A DNA stretch of 41,814 nt from Chiloscyllium plagiosum (taxonomy: Eukaryota): the NCBI RefSeq assembly GCF_004010195.1, contig NW_025215254.1:1-41814 (forward strand), given 5' to 3'. The notes below the pieces were generated by a model. The model was not told the DNA's origin. It saw only the letters and a program-made list of their open reading frames with translations, and searched no databases. Positions 23,967 to 36,500 of the stretch are shown piece by piece. The translations under genes were made by a program, and so were the position numbers. The first letter of the stretch is position 1. The number at the start of each line of letters is the position of its first letter.

Positions 23967-24006
23967 TCATTCCTGAAGAAGGACTTATACCCGAAACGTC
24001 GATTCT
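23967..24006 (+). ncRNA. Minimal hammerhead ribozyme motif (stem II mutated)
   Basis: CTGAAGA-A-GGAC-TTAT-ACCC-GAAACGTC. Confidence 0.55.
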
Positions 24007-26055
24007 CCTATTCCCTGGATGCTGCCTGACCTGGTGTGCTTTTCCAGCAACACATTTTCAGCTCTGATCTCCAGCATCTGCAGATCTCACTTTCTCCTCT
24101 TTAATCCTGTACTCAACTTTCAAGTTCAACCTTCCAAAATGCATCACTTCTCATTCATCCAGGTTGGGCTCCATCTGCCACCTCTTATCCCATCTCTGCA
24201 TCCTGTCAATGTCACGCTGCAGCCTACAACAGTCCTCTATACTATCAACGACACCTTCAATCTTTGTGTTGTCTGCAAACTTGCTAACCCATCCTTCAAT
24301 CTCCTCATCCAAGTCATTAATAAAAATTACAAAGCATTGAGGACCAAGAACAGAGCCCTGTGGAACACCACTGACCACTGACTTCCAGGCAGAATATTTT
24401 CCTTCCACTACCACTCGCTGTCTTCTGTCGACCAGCCAATTCTTTATCCAGACAGCTAAATATCCCTGTATCCCATTCCTCCTGACCTTCTGAATGAGCC
24501 TACCATGGGGAACCTTATCAAATGCCTTGCTGAATTCCACATACACCACATCCACTGCTCTACACTCATCAACCTGTCTAGTAACATCCTTAAAGAACTC
24601 AATAAGATTTGTGAGGCATGACCTGCCTCTCACAAAGCTGTGCTGACTGCATTTAATCAAACCACGCCCTTCCAGATGGCCATAAATCCTATCCCTCAGA
24701 ATCCTTTCTAACACCTTGCACACGACAGACGTGAGACTGACTGGTCTGTAATTGCTGGGGATTTCCCTATTTCCTTTCTTGAAGAGAGGAATTACATTTG
24801 CCTCTCTCCAGACCTCAGGTACGACTCCTGTGGAGAGCGAGGATGCAAAGATCTTCGCAAGCGGGGAAGCAATCACATTTCTCGCTTCCCAAAGCAGCCG
24901 AGGACAAATCTGGTCTGGTCCTGGTGACTTGTCAATCTTAATGTTTGTCAAATCTTTCAGCACATCAGCTTGCTCAATCTCTATCCGTTCCAGCATGCTT
25001 ACCTGCTCCTCAATGGCTTCATTCACTACAAGGTAGTTTTCTTCAGTAAAGACAGAAGCAAAAAAACTCATTTAGGGCTTCCACTACCTCCTCAGACTCT
25101 ATACACAAGTTCCCTATGTTATCCCTGATCGGCCCTACTCTTTCTTTGATCATTCTCTTATTCCTCACATATGTGTAAAATGCCTTTAGAATCTCCCTGA
25201 TCCTTCCTGCAAAGCCTTTTTTGTGCCCCCTAGTGGCTCTACTCAGACCATTTTTGAGCTCTTTCCTCACCTGCCTGCAATCCTCTAGAGCTGAGAATGG
25301 TCCTTGCTTCCTCCACCTTACATAAGCTGCCTTCTCTCTTTTGACGAGAAGATCCTCCGCTCTCATCATCCAAGGTTTATTTATCTTACCCCTTCTTGCC
25401 TGTATCAGAGGAACACATTTGTGCATTACTCGCAACAACTGTTCCTTAAACATCTCCACATGTCTGTAGTACCCTTTCCATGGAAAAATTGTCACCAGTC
25501 CATGCTTCCCAACTTACGTCTGATAGTATCATAGTTTCCTTTTCCCAATTAAATATCTTCCCATTGTGCCTGCTTCTCACCTTCTCCATAGCTATGTAGA
25601 ATGTGAGGCAGTTGTGGTCACTATCACCAAAATGCTCTCCCACCGCAAGATCTGACACCTGCCCTAGCTCATTGCGGAGCACCAAATCCAAAATGGCCTC
25701 TCCCCTCGTCGGGCTGTCAAAGTTATGAGTTAGGAAACCCTCCTGAACACACCTTACAAAACAGCTCCTTCCAAACCATCTGCTCGAAGGAGGTTCCAAT
25801 CAATATTGGGAAATTTAAAGTTACCCATTATGACAACCCTACTACATTCACACTTTTCAAAAATCTGCAGACCAATGCTTTCTTCAATCTCCCTGCTGCT
25901 ATTGGGGAGCATGTAGTAAACCCCTAACGAGGTGACTGCTCCCTTACTGTTCCTAATTTCCACCCATACTGACTCAGTAGGCAGAACCTCCTCGACAATG
26001 GTAACTTCTGTAGCTGTGATACCCTCTCTGATTACCCTCTCTAATAGAGGCACTG

Positions 26056-27370
26056 AACCTGGATTTTCAGCAAGATTTTTAACAGAGTCCCAAGCCTAGT
26101 GTGCAAAGTAAAAGGACATGGGATAGGGGATAATATATGGACATGGTGTCACAATGGGAGAGCTGACACGATACAGTAAGTAGTAATAAATGGATGGTTT
26201 TCGGTTTGGAAAGCTCATGTAGCATCGCTGTGATTGGTGCTTGGGCCCCAGATATTCACAATACATCTCAAACATCTCGTTGAGGGAATCAAATGCAAGG
26301 TTTCCAAGTCTGCTGACGGAACTAGGATTTTGACAAGTAAGGAGGATGTGGTAAAAACTTCAAGGTGATTGATACAAATGGAGTGAACGAGTAAATATGT
26401 GGCAGATGAAGAGCAGTGTGGATAGATGTGATGTTGTCTACTTTGTTGGGAACAATAGAATGCCAGAGGAACATTCGAAAAGGGAGTGGTTGAGAAATGT
26501 CGATCTATAAAGGGAACTAAACGTTTTTTTTTGTTTTTGTTTGGACAGACCTCCGTGTTCCATGCAGGGCAGTGAGTTCTGAAGACAGAAACCAATACTG
26601 GGAATACATTGGCACACAAACCAGTGTACACAGACCCACCAGGTGGGGAGGTGTAACATTGAAAAGGATCTGGGATCTCCCTGTACACCAGTCACTGAAA
26701 GCAATACTGCAGGAGCAGAAAACAATTAGGAAGATAAATGGTGTGTTGACGTTCATTTCAGGAGGATTTGATTCCAGGAGTAAGGGTGTCTTACTGCAGC
26801 TGTACAGGGCCTTGGTGAGATCCCATCTTGAACATTGTGCAGTGTTGTGTGCAGTTTTGGTCTCCTTACCTAATCAAGGAATAACCTGACATTGGGGGTT
26901 GCAACAAAGAATGACCAGACTGGTCTCTGGGATGACAGGCTTGTTGTGGGAACAGAGGTTGAGGCAACTGGGCCTACATTCCATGGGATTTAGGAAAATA
27001 AGTGGGGATCTTACTGAGATATATAAAACACTGACAGGGCGAGACAGATTGGAAGCAGGGATGATAATTCCCCAGGCTGGGACGTCTAAAACAATGGACC
27101 ACAGAATTAGGTACAGGCAGGTTATATTTCATTGAGATGAGAATAAATGCCTGCACTCAGACTGGTGAACTTGGGGAATTCTCTCCATGTAAGGCTGTGG
27201 AAGACAAGGCACTAAAGACTAATAAGGACGTCCAGACACTGAAGGGATGGGTGGGGGGAGTGGGGGTAGCAGGAGTATGGTGTGGAAATAAAGGACCGGC
27301 GATCATTATGTTGAATTTGGTAGCAAACCCGACATACCAAAGGGACTACTGCAGTTCATATTTTGTAGTT
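26056..27370 (+). mobile_element. Old CR1-like RT and 3' end
   Basis: VLLQLYRALVRSHLEHC (26572-26889); QQRMTRLVSGMTGL...GDLTEIYKTLTGRDRL (26899-27135). Confidence 0.85.
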
Positions 27371-27879
27371 TCACAAGGTTAACCACATTAAGGGATGTGT
27401 ACAGTTTGTGGGGAAAGTGCATTGAGGAGATGTTCAGCCATGAACTAGAAAGGGGAGGCTCAATGTACTGTATGGTCTACTCCATTCCCAATGTTTCTGT
27501 GCAATCCGTGGGAAAGCTCTGTAAATGCTGTCACAAGCTCTCAGATGTTAGGTATGAGGTCTCTGCAGGGTTGACAGGACTGTGTTTCCCATCCCCTTTT
27601 CCAATACCAAGGCTAGTGCTGTGTGTTCTGTTCGGGTTTGTGCTTTAAGATCTCGGAGCAGTTTGATACAATACAATATCTTGCTTGACTGTTTCAGAAA
27701 CCCTTGAAGAGTTTATCACGTGTCTGTTTGTCTGGAGTCACTTTTAGGCCAGAAAGCACAGGAGATTTGTTTCCTGAAAATACATCGGGGAAACATATTG
27801 GTGTGTACAATCGACATTGGCTTCAAGGCCACTGTTACTGACACCAGATTAGAGCTCTCGATATTTAATTAATATGTTT

Positions 27880-28560
27880 TTTAATCTTCCCCAGCTGCCA
27901 GACCATTAGCCTCGTCTGGATTGGTATTCCAGTGACATTTCCACAACAGCACCATCTCGACATGGAGACCTATTGGAAACCACACAGAGCAGGTTATTTC
28001 TGTGCTGTTTGACAGCTCTGTCAAAAATAATTCACACCAATTTGCTATCGTGATGAGACTGTGGGAGTTGTAGTTGGTTAGATTGTAATTACCCCCCTCT
28101 TCGGGGACTGGACATAGCTGAGTAATTTTCCACATTGCCAGTGAGATGTCAGAGTTGGAGTTGGAATGGTACAGATTTCCCAGGGACACGGCTTGTTGTG
28201 CAGCACGTCTTCAGTCCTATTGCAGGAATGGGGTCAGGGCCCATTGCCTTTGTCGTATCTGATGTGTTCAGCTGTTTCTTCATGTCACGTGCAGCGAATC
28301 GAATTTTTTGAAGACTGAGCTGTGATTCTGTGGGTATCATGATCAGGGTGAGTTGAATCATCGACTCAACACTCCTGGCTGAGGATGGTACAGATATTAT
28401 TTCCTTGTTTTTTATACTGATATGCAGAGCTGATCTATTGATAGGATGGGGATAATTGTGGAGCCCTCTCCACCAGTTAGTTGTTTAATCGTCTATCACA
28501 ATTTTTGGCTGGATGCGGCAGGCTGCAGAGCTTCAATCTGGGTGTGTTAACCTTGTGATA
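27880..28560 (-). mobile_element. CR1/L2-clade RT fragment
   Basis: KKQLNTSDTTKAMGPDPIPAIGLKTC and MWKITQLCPV...NY motifs. Confidence 0.7.
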
Positions 28561-28729
28561 ATTTCTCCCTGACTATCATACGATTGGGTTTAATTGATTT
28601 GATAGGATTTATTGTCACCTATATCTAAGTAGAGTGAAATTCGTTGTTTATACAGTTCTGGCAGATCATAGTGGGTGTTGGAGCTGGCTTTTATTAGAGA
28701 CATGGAGTAGCCAAAATTTAAAAGTCTAC

Positions 28730-29450
28730 TTCAACTGTCTGTTTTTGAACAGCCACAAAATAGCCAGAATTTAAAATAGATTGCTGCAGCATTAGTGAAA
28801 AAAGGGCTTTTGAGAAGGGAATTATTCCAATGCAAAACAAAGAATAATCTGATTCGCAAGATTCTGAAACATGCTAACGTAGTGATAAAGACCGTTCTTT
28901 TTTTTAATCGATGATTTGCAACAGAACACGGATGAAATAATGAAATTGTAGCAGAAAAACTTTGAAGAATCACTACAAAAGGTAAATTATTCTGATCTCA
29001 TTAAGGATGTGTTCATCCACAAAAACAGCAACTCAAATTATCTTTACGAAGCTAGCTGTGCCTTTGAAACTATTTACAATAGTAATAAGTTCTAGTTAAA
29101 AATTTGGTAAATAATCATGGAGACAGATTTCAACGTAATTATAAAATCTTAAAGAGATGCCTGGCATCTTAAAAAAATTTAACAATAGAAATAATAATAA
29201 TAATATAATTTTTGTAACAGAATCAACTTTTTAATGTAAAATATGGTAATGCAATTTGTAAGAGATAGCCTGCCCAATGGAGAATAGAAGTAATGCAATC
29301 CTTCAAGATAAACAATGATGGGCATGACTAAAAAGAACACAGCCACTAACTTTGGAATGCAACATAGAAAGATCCCAAGGCCGAGAGATAACAAAAATCG
29401 TTAAACATCTGAAACAAATAACAACCTCGGGCTGTCCATAGGAGTGTCCA
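28730..29450 (+). mobile_element. Possible decayed hAT (SPIN/GTF2IRD2-like) transposase remnant
   Basis: AAALVKKGL resembles the TDGAxAMVGxxKG block and KILKHANVVIKTVLFF resembles KxLxMxHVMxVVxKTVNFI; many stops. Confidence 0.35.
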
Positions 29451-29589
29451 TCATTGATCAGTTGCTTTACATGATTGGTTCTGCAGAAGGGGTGTGGAGG
29501 GGACACTGACAAGGTTGTGTATGATCATTGCAACACAGAACGTATAAAAATACTGTTTTCTGCTGTAAAATTGAAGTGTATCCTTGATC

Positions 29590-30240
29590 TCTCTTTTGGT
29601 CTGAGCTGAGGATTAAGGAAACCATTGTCTTCTCATGTCAAATCCAGATTTGAGGAAGATCCTTTGGTAAGCTCCCTGCATTAACCTGTCCCTTTCCATC
29701 GCTAATGTAAACATAACTGAATTGTGGTCACTATCACCAAAGTGTTCACATACCTCCAAATCAAACATCTGGTCTGGTTCATTACCAATACCAAATCCAA
29801 TGTGGCCTCATCCCTTGTTGGCCTATCTACATACATACTATGTCAGGAAACCATTCTGCATACATTGGACAAAAAACTGACCTGTATAAAGTACTTGAAC
29901 TGTAGCGTTTCCGGTCAATATTTGGAACGTTAAAGTCCTCCATAACAACTACTCTGTTACTTACGCTCCTATCCAGCATCATCTTTGTAATCCTTTCCTC
30001 TACATCTCTGGAACTTTTCAGAGGTCTATAGAGGACTCTCAACAGGGTGATCTCTCCTTTCCTGTTTCTAACATCTTGCCATACTACCTCATTGGACAAG
30101 TCCTCATCAACCATCCTTGCTGCCACTGTAATACAATGCCACCCTCCTCCCTTTTAGTACCTTCCCTGTTCTTAATAATGGATCTAAACCCCAGAACCTA
30201 CAACAATCATTCCTGTCCATTTCTCCAAAATGGCCACAAC
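29590..30240 (-). mobile_element. CR1-like endonuclease fragment
   Basis: VWQDVRNRKGEITLLRVLYRPLKSSRDVEERI...VVVMEDFNVPNID (29827-30126). Confidence 0.88.
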
Positions 30241-30849
30241 ATCAGGCTGTACAACTGCACAATTTGGAAACAGGGAGTGATTGGAGGGGTGTTAAACGAG
30301 GGTGAGTTGGATAGATCAGAAGACAGCATGAGGGGTGAGAGACAGGAAAAGACAAAAAATGGAAGTTTTATTTAGAAATTCTCACGGACTGCATGTCCTT
30401 TGTCTTGTGCCATCCCCTGTGAGCACTGTGTTAATACTAGCTGTGGTCTCAGATCATTTATCGCCAATAATATAAAGAGCTGAGTTGCTGCACTTAAAGA
30501 GAGTCCAAAAGGCCAAGCGATTTTTTTTTACAGGGAGAAAGTGAATTAATTTAAATAGACTGGGTGAACAGCAGCAGAAACTGAGCACCCCCCTCGCTAC
30601 TGTGATACTGCGCCAGAGCAACTCAGTGAGGTGGATCATAACAGAGGGGAAATCAACATCTCAGCTGCTCATCAAATAATGATTGATAAAGTTTGTACAC
30701 CACGTCCATGGTTTTGTAATACATATTTTAATTTACGTAGCTCAATATCATTAGTGTATTTTAACTATCTTATCGCTTTGTACTTTCCATAATTTAGTAT
30801 GGAGAGAAAATAATTTTGTCCCTGTATTTTGTGTTCAAAAACAGATTTT

Positions 30850-31130
30850 AGTCCTCATTCCTCACTTTAAATATATCCTTGAATCTGTTCTTCATATGAG
30901 TTATAAAGAGTAACATTCCAATACTGATGACTGGGGAATATTGTTGTCCCTCCCTCCAGCCTGAACTGCCATGTCCCACAATTCTCTCTGTTTTCTGTCT
31001 CCTCCACAATACCATAATCACACTGTAATTGAAGTCCAGTAAATGACACTTCATCACAGTTCATTAACATCGATCACATCAATAGCACAGGCCTCATCTG
31101 CCTCTCTCTGAACCTGGAATAACAATCTGA
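30850..31130 (-). mobile_element. Old CR1-like RT fragment
   Basis: RRQKT..V...SSGWR...GMLLFIT resembles the RRQRVVV..GVPQGSVLGPLLF region. Confidence 0.5.
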
Positions 31131-32778
31131 ATTGTCATGTACAATTCTCTGTTAACATATTCATGCCATTTGTCTGTTATAACCTACGTTTCTCAGGCAC
31201 ACATTCCCCTTAGATCATGGACTATAAAAATTGTCTCAAAGTTTTATTGAAATTAAAATGTTTGGTCAGTAGTTACAGAATGTATGTTTCCATTTATAAA
31301 TAGAGAAGCATGTTTACATTCTGATAAATCTCCAGCATTACTCCCATATCCAAGGCAGATTGAATGGTTACACTCAATTGATCTACTAGCCTCAACGTTT
31401 GCTCCATCAGTCACCCTTACAGACCCCATCCAGAATGTCAAAATTTTAATCAGTTTCGAATTTTAATAAAACAGTATTGAATTGAAAGGCGTTGGCTGGA
31501 GCTATTTGTTCAGTGACTGTGATTGATGTCAGTCTCCGTGGATCGGAAATGTGTCACTGGAGGGTTTGCCTCTTCTATTAATTCGGGACTCGGTTGAATG
31601 TGTTATCCCACAGTATGGGCGGGAGTATCACCGACAGCACTAACAGGAAGAGCAGCTCGAGAGACGGGGGAGGAGAGATCAAACTCTGAGAACAATAGAC
31701 TGGAATGTTCCAATAATGGATCAGCATCTGAGAACAGTAGACTGGATTATTACAATAACAGACAGGAGTTTATCCTGGGGTCTTTACTATCTTTCCCAGC
31801 CTTGGGTATCACAGGGTATCACAGATCGAAGATATCCTTTGGATTATACAAGGTGGTTGCTATCCCATCCTCGCTATAGTTGGTGTTCCTGGTAAGTCAT
31901 TCCAACTAACCATTAAACTGAGTTGAACTGAATTGCTGTTCATATTTAAATTTTAGAATTTGGAAGTCATAATTTTCAGATCCAGTCAAAAATTTTATTC
32001 CTTGCAAATTATATCTGGCAAATTACTATTCACAGCTTACACAACAATACGTGAGGAGAAACCAGACTGTTCTTAATCTCCATGATCTTTTTTCCTCCGT
32101 TCAGGTTTACATTTCTACATATTCTCCCCACTCACCAATCCTGCCCAGGACACTATCAGGATATTTCAGTCTCCTTCTCAGCCTCAGTGCAACTGCTGAA
32201 TAATCCATCTCTTGTGCCTTTGGTAAATCCAGATATAAACATTTCAAATCCCTTCTAACTATGCTTCCGTCACAAAATATCTGCACCTGAGATGGTTAGT
32301 TTGTTCACTCTACAGAATCTGGCAGATGGGCAGACAGTACATAGTGCTCAAGTTATTGAATCTTAATTGAGAGGCAAAGAATAATAATCTTTTGATGTCT
32401 CATGAAGGAAGTTGATGGAATGCAAATGAAATTATCACCACTTGCTTTAAACAGAAGCCTATCTGCTTGCCTCATGTCCTGTAGAGAAGGCAATGGGTCA
32501 TCGGTCCGTGGTCAGATCTCTGTGTACCTGCAAACCCACAGCAATGTTTTTTACTCTTTACTGTCCTGTGGAACAGCTGAACCAGCCACTCAGTTCAAGA
32601 TCGGCATAACATGCTGGGCTGACAATGGCTGCACACATCCCGTGAGAGCAGAACAAAAGGAAAGATAGCTCCCTTCCTCTGCCTGATTTCCATGTTCCTG
32701 CAAGCCATTTCCATTCAGGTAGGTGACCATTCCCTGTTTCAAGTGAATTCTTTCTGATTGACTCACCCTCCGAGGGTG

Positions 32779-32834
32779 ATATTCATCTCCATTGTCACCT
32801 CTGGTGATGAATTTGTTGATGCTGACGTACAGAT
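32779..32834 (+). pseudogene. Unit C leader-like exon
   Basis: SSPLSPLVMNLLMLTYR followed by T/GTAAGG donor; the ATG of copy B is ATA here. Confidence 0.5.
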
Positions 32835-34171
32835 GTAAGGAACGTCTAAATTCCACATAATTGGCAGTGTAGAGAGAAGGAATGGCTTTTTACAGCACAG
32901 GAAACAAGCTAAGACAGCTAAATGAGGGAACAGAATTATTGTGATCAACCCTGAGAGTGTTGCTGAGATAGTATTTGGGATATTGTGCACAGATTTTCTC
33001 TCTTTTATAAGGAATAATCCTCTTGGCAGAAAGCTTGTAAAGGAGTTTCACCAGACTGATTGTTGGGATGAATATACCATCTGTAGCGCTTTGAGGGAAT
33101 AAGCGGTGACTGCATTGAAATTTAAGGGGATGGACAGTCACTCATTATATTCCAAACAGACAGTGATATGGTGATAAATTCCATGGCTTGTTTATTACAT
33201 GATTCTCGATAGTTTAAAAGCCTTGGGAACGTCCCTCTCACCCCACGCCACTCCCCATTACGATAGAGAGAGAGAGAGAGAGAGAGGGCCAGTCTTTGAC
33301 TAAACTGTCCCCACATTAACACAGTACATTTGGTGTGTGATCCTGGATAGAACTTCATGTGATTCACAATCTCGACAGCAGCCACAATACTTTCATGCTA
33401 AAACAGTTAACTATTCCCACCAGCTTCTGATCTCCATGGAGAACATGGATCTGTCTTCTCGGAGATGCAAGATGCCTCTTTGAGTCTTGACACAAAACAT
33501 TTGGCTTCCTTCCTCACTGCCGGCAAAACAGGTTACAGTATCATGTGTCTCACAGGCAACGGAGCCATGAGGAACATCGTGAGCCGTCTGAGAGTGCATT
33601 CTCTGTTCCATTGGTTTTTAAGGTTGGAGCACCAATGACACCTATATGTTTCTATGTAAGACTCTCGAGGGGCTAATGCCTCCTCCTGGTCCCATGAAAC
33701 AGGTTCAAAGGTCTGATTGGGCTCTGCCTCTTCCTGTTTAACAGCTCAATGTACTGACCAGACCCCTCCTCTTCATGTGCAACAGGCAGGAGGATTGAAT
33801 GGGCTGTCCCTCTTCTTGTTCAGTCATTTCGATGGGCTGAATGAATTCCACATATCCGTTTGCAGCCAGCTTGAGGTGCTGAATGAGTCCCTCTTTTAAC
33901 TGTGGAAATGTGCAGTGTCTGACCGTGCTGTTACATGAATGTTAACGACACTTTAACAGCACAAACCTGAATGCTGTCCAGGTCTTGCTGCACATGGACA
34001 CAGAGACTGGTTCAGGAGCTGAGGGGTGACAAAATGTTCTGAATATTTTATGATTTTCAGTGATCACCCTGCTTCTGATCTTATGATGGATGGCGGGCGC
34101 CGGGGGTGCGTAGACGTTGATAAAGGAGCTGAAGATGTTTGTGCTGAGGAAGTTATATACTGAGGATCTCC

Positions 34172-34600
34172 TGAAACACTACACAGGACAAACAGGAAGA
34201 CAGCTAACAATCTGCATCCATGAACACCAACTAGCCACGAAACGACATGACCAGCTATCCTTAGTATCCACACACGCAGAGGATAAGCAACATGAGTTCA
34301 ACTGGGACAACACTACTATTATAGGCCAAGCCAAAAGAGAACAGCCAGGGAATTCCTAGAGGCTTGGCACTCATCCACACATTCAATCAATAAGCACATT
34401 GACCTGGACCCTATATACCGACCACTGCAGCGGACAGCTGGAACTGACAACCGGAAGCGGCAGATTCAAATCACTACAAATGCCGGAGGAAAGATCACAG
34501 AAGTGCTTCACAGAAGACTCCCAAGCACTGAGTATGCCACCTAGACAGGGGACGAAACGTCTGCACCAGAAATTCCCAGCTCAGCGAACAGAACCACAAC
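34172..34600 (+). mobile_element. 5'-truncated Penelope-like element (family B; GIY-YIG end plus 3' repeat) nested in an old LINE fragment
   Basis: KHYTGQTGRQLTICIHEHQLATKRHDQLSLVSTHAEDKQHEFNWDNTTIIGQAK, nearly identical to 12267-12543; hammerhead-like CTGAGTA...GACGAAACGTC at ~34528-34561. Confidence 0.88.
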
Positions 34601-35900
34601 AGATGTCCTGGGGCTGAGAGGATTGGCAGCGACTGCCCAAGAACATCTTCTTTTGTGCACTGAAAGACCTCAACCAATGGGGAGTGTACAGCTGATCCCA
34701 TTAAGTTCAAATCAGTAGGTGGTCCCGATGACATCCTCAGTCAAATACTGCCTTGATATTAAGGCCATTCACTCTTTCCTGAGCCTCTGTGTTCACCTCT
34801 TGTTCATATCAATAGGTGACGGTGTTTGTGTGGGGAGTGTTTTCCTCTCACAGAGAATAATCAATGTCAGGAATTATCTGGGCTAGAGAGTTAAGGGAGC
34901 TAGATCACTGAAAGTATTTAAAGAAGAGGTAGATGTATATTTGACCTGTCAGAGAGCTGGCGGGTGTGAAGGATTGGGTATTAAAGACGAGGTAATGCTA
35001 ACAGTAGATCAGCCATGATCATGTACAATGGCTTGACCGTCCGAATTACCTGATTCCGAACCTTATGTTCATATTCTCTGTAATTACAGAGTTAATGGTT
35101 GTAATGTTCCTCGACGTTCTGTTATTGAATGGTGCAATCAGAGAGAGCAAAGCATTTTTGAGTCATCTCTAGGTGAGATTGGGGGCTTTATTCATAATGA
35201 ATCTTGGTCTAGACAATTACCAACAAATGAAGTACAAGTTGCAGAGAGGAGGCATTTTGTGAAGAGACCAGAGGTGTCTTTCGAAGCCAGACTGGATTTC
35301 CAAATAACATTTTCCAACCCACACCAAACCGTGTGTGACAGTCTGGAGGGATTGAATGAGATCCTGTGTTACTATGGACCAGGCATTTGGAGCAAGTGAT
35401 CTCCATCTGCTCCTGTGCAGGGGCTGAATGCAACATAGTAACATGGGCCTATGGAGCAAGAGTGGGTCATCAGACACTGTGTCATTGCTCCACCACGCAC
35501 TATGATCTGATTATGGTCTCAGCAGCAGTTTTCTGTCTGTGTACCATTTTCCTACACTCATTTGTCTGTCAAACTTTTAACATACACAATTTTTAATAAA
35601 TGGAAATATCCAGGCATCACAAATTTTTACAGCCCTTTGAGAACCTCTTGATCAATGTTCGAGGGTCACTGATATTTTTTCCCACTCCTCTACTGGTGAA
35701 AGCAAATTTTAAATGCAACCAGTTGAGTGCTGTGGCCAATGAAATAGCTATCAAACTGGGTAATCTTCGACAAAATGTGGGACACAGAAATTTGAAATCT
35801 AAACGAATGGTAAAATGATCGAGCACCCCAAATGTTTTTCTGCCTTTGAATTTATTCTGCTCACACAAATGTCTGGGAATGTGGATTTTTCCCGGAACAG

Positions 35901-35978
35901 TTGGATTTGCCTGAATTCCTTTTGCTTCGGGCAGTGGAGAGATTCCTATGAATTCTCACCAGGAATCTTCCACGAGTG
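35901..35978 (+). pseudogene. Unit C 'SGSG' exon (78 nt, phase 1-1, one TGA)
   Basis: TTTTTCCCGGAACAG acceptor, G/GTAAAG donor; (F)GFA*IPFASGSGEIPMNSHQESSTS. Confidence 0.58.
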
Positions 35979-36500
35979 GTAAAGATGACTCAGGAATTTT
36001 NNNNNNNNNNNNNNNNNNNNNNNNNNNNNNNNNNNNNNNNNNNNNNNNNNNNNNNNNNNNNNNNNNNNNNNNNNNNNNNNNNNNNNNNNNNNNNNNNNNN
36101 NNNNNNNNNNNNNNNNNNNNNNNNNNNNNNNNNNNNNNNNNNNNNNNNNNNNNNNNNNNNNNNNNNNNNNNNNNNNNNNNNNNNNNNNNNNNNNNNNNNN
36201 NNNNNNNNNNNNNNNNNNNNNNNNNNNNNNNNNNNNNNNNNNNNNNNNNNNNNNNNNNNNNNNNNNNNNNNNNNNNNNNNNNNNNNNNNNNNNNNNNNNN
36301 NNNNNNNNNNNNNNNNNNNNNNNNNNNNNNNNNNNNNNNNNNNNNNNNNNNNNNNNNNNNNNNNNNNNNNNNNNNNNNNNNNNNNNNNNNNNNNNNNNNN
36401 NNNNNNNNNNNNNNNNNNNNNNNNNNNNNNNNNNNNNNNNNNNNNNNNNNNNNNNNNNNNNNNNNNNNNNNNNNNNNNNNNNNNNNNNNNNNNNNNNNNN

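Larger units (their letters stand above)
23248..24097 (+). mobile_element. 5'-truncated Penelope-like element with inverted terminal repeat, GIY-YIG fragment and 16-bp TSD
   Basis: GETGRLLAERFREHL...PVAQHFN...RRLEEERLIFRLGTLQPQGMN; 23248-23355 inverted relative to 23953-24060; TSD TCTTTAATCCTGTACT at 23232-23247 and 24098-24113. Confidence 0.9.
22492..26053 (-). mobile_element. CR1-like LINE with near-complete ORF2 (endonuclease plus RT), frameshifted and interrupted by a Penelope element
   Basis: ORFs 25754-26053 (GVYYMLPNS..GNFKFPNIDW), 24151-25071 (KSPGPDQI, NYRPVSLTS, FSKAFDKVPH, GVPQGSVLGP, FADNTK) and 22686-23216. Confidence 0.95.
31139..36000 (+). repeat. Paralogous unit C of local duplication (runs into N-gap)
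   Basis: Colinear with unit B; has an extra ~1.5 kb (~33200-34730) that B lacks. Confidence 0.9.
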
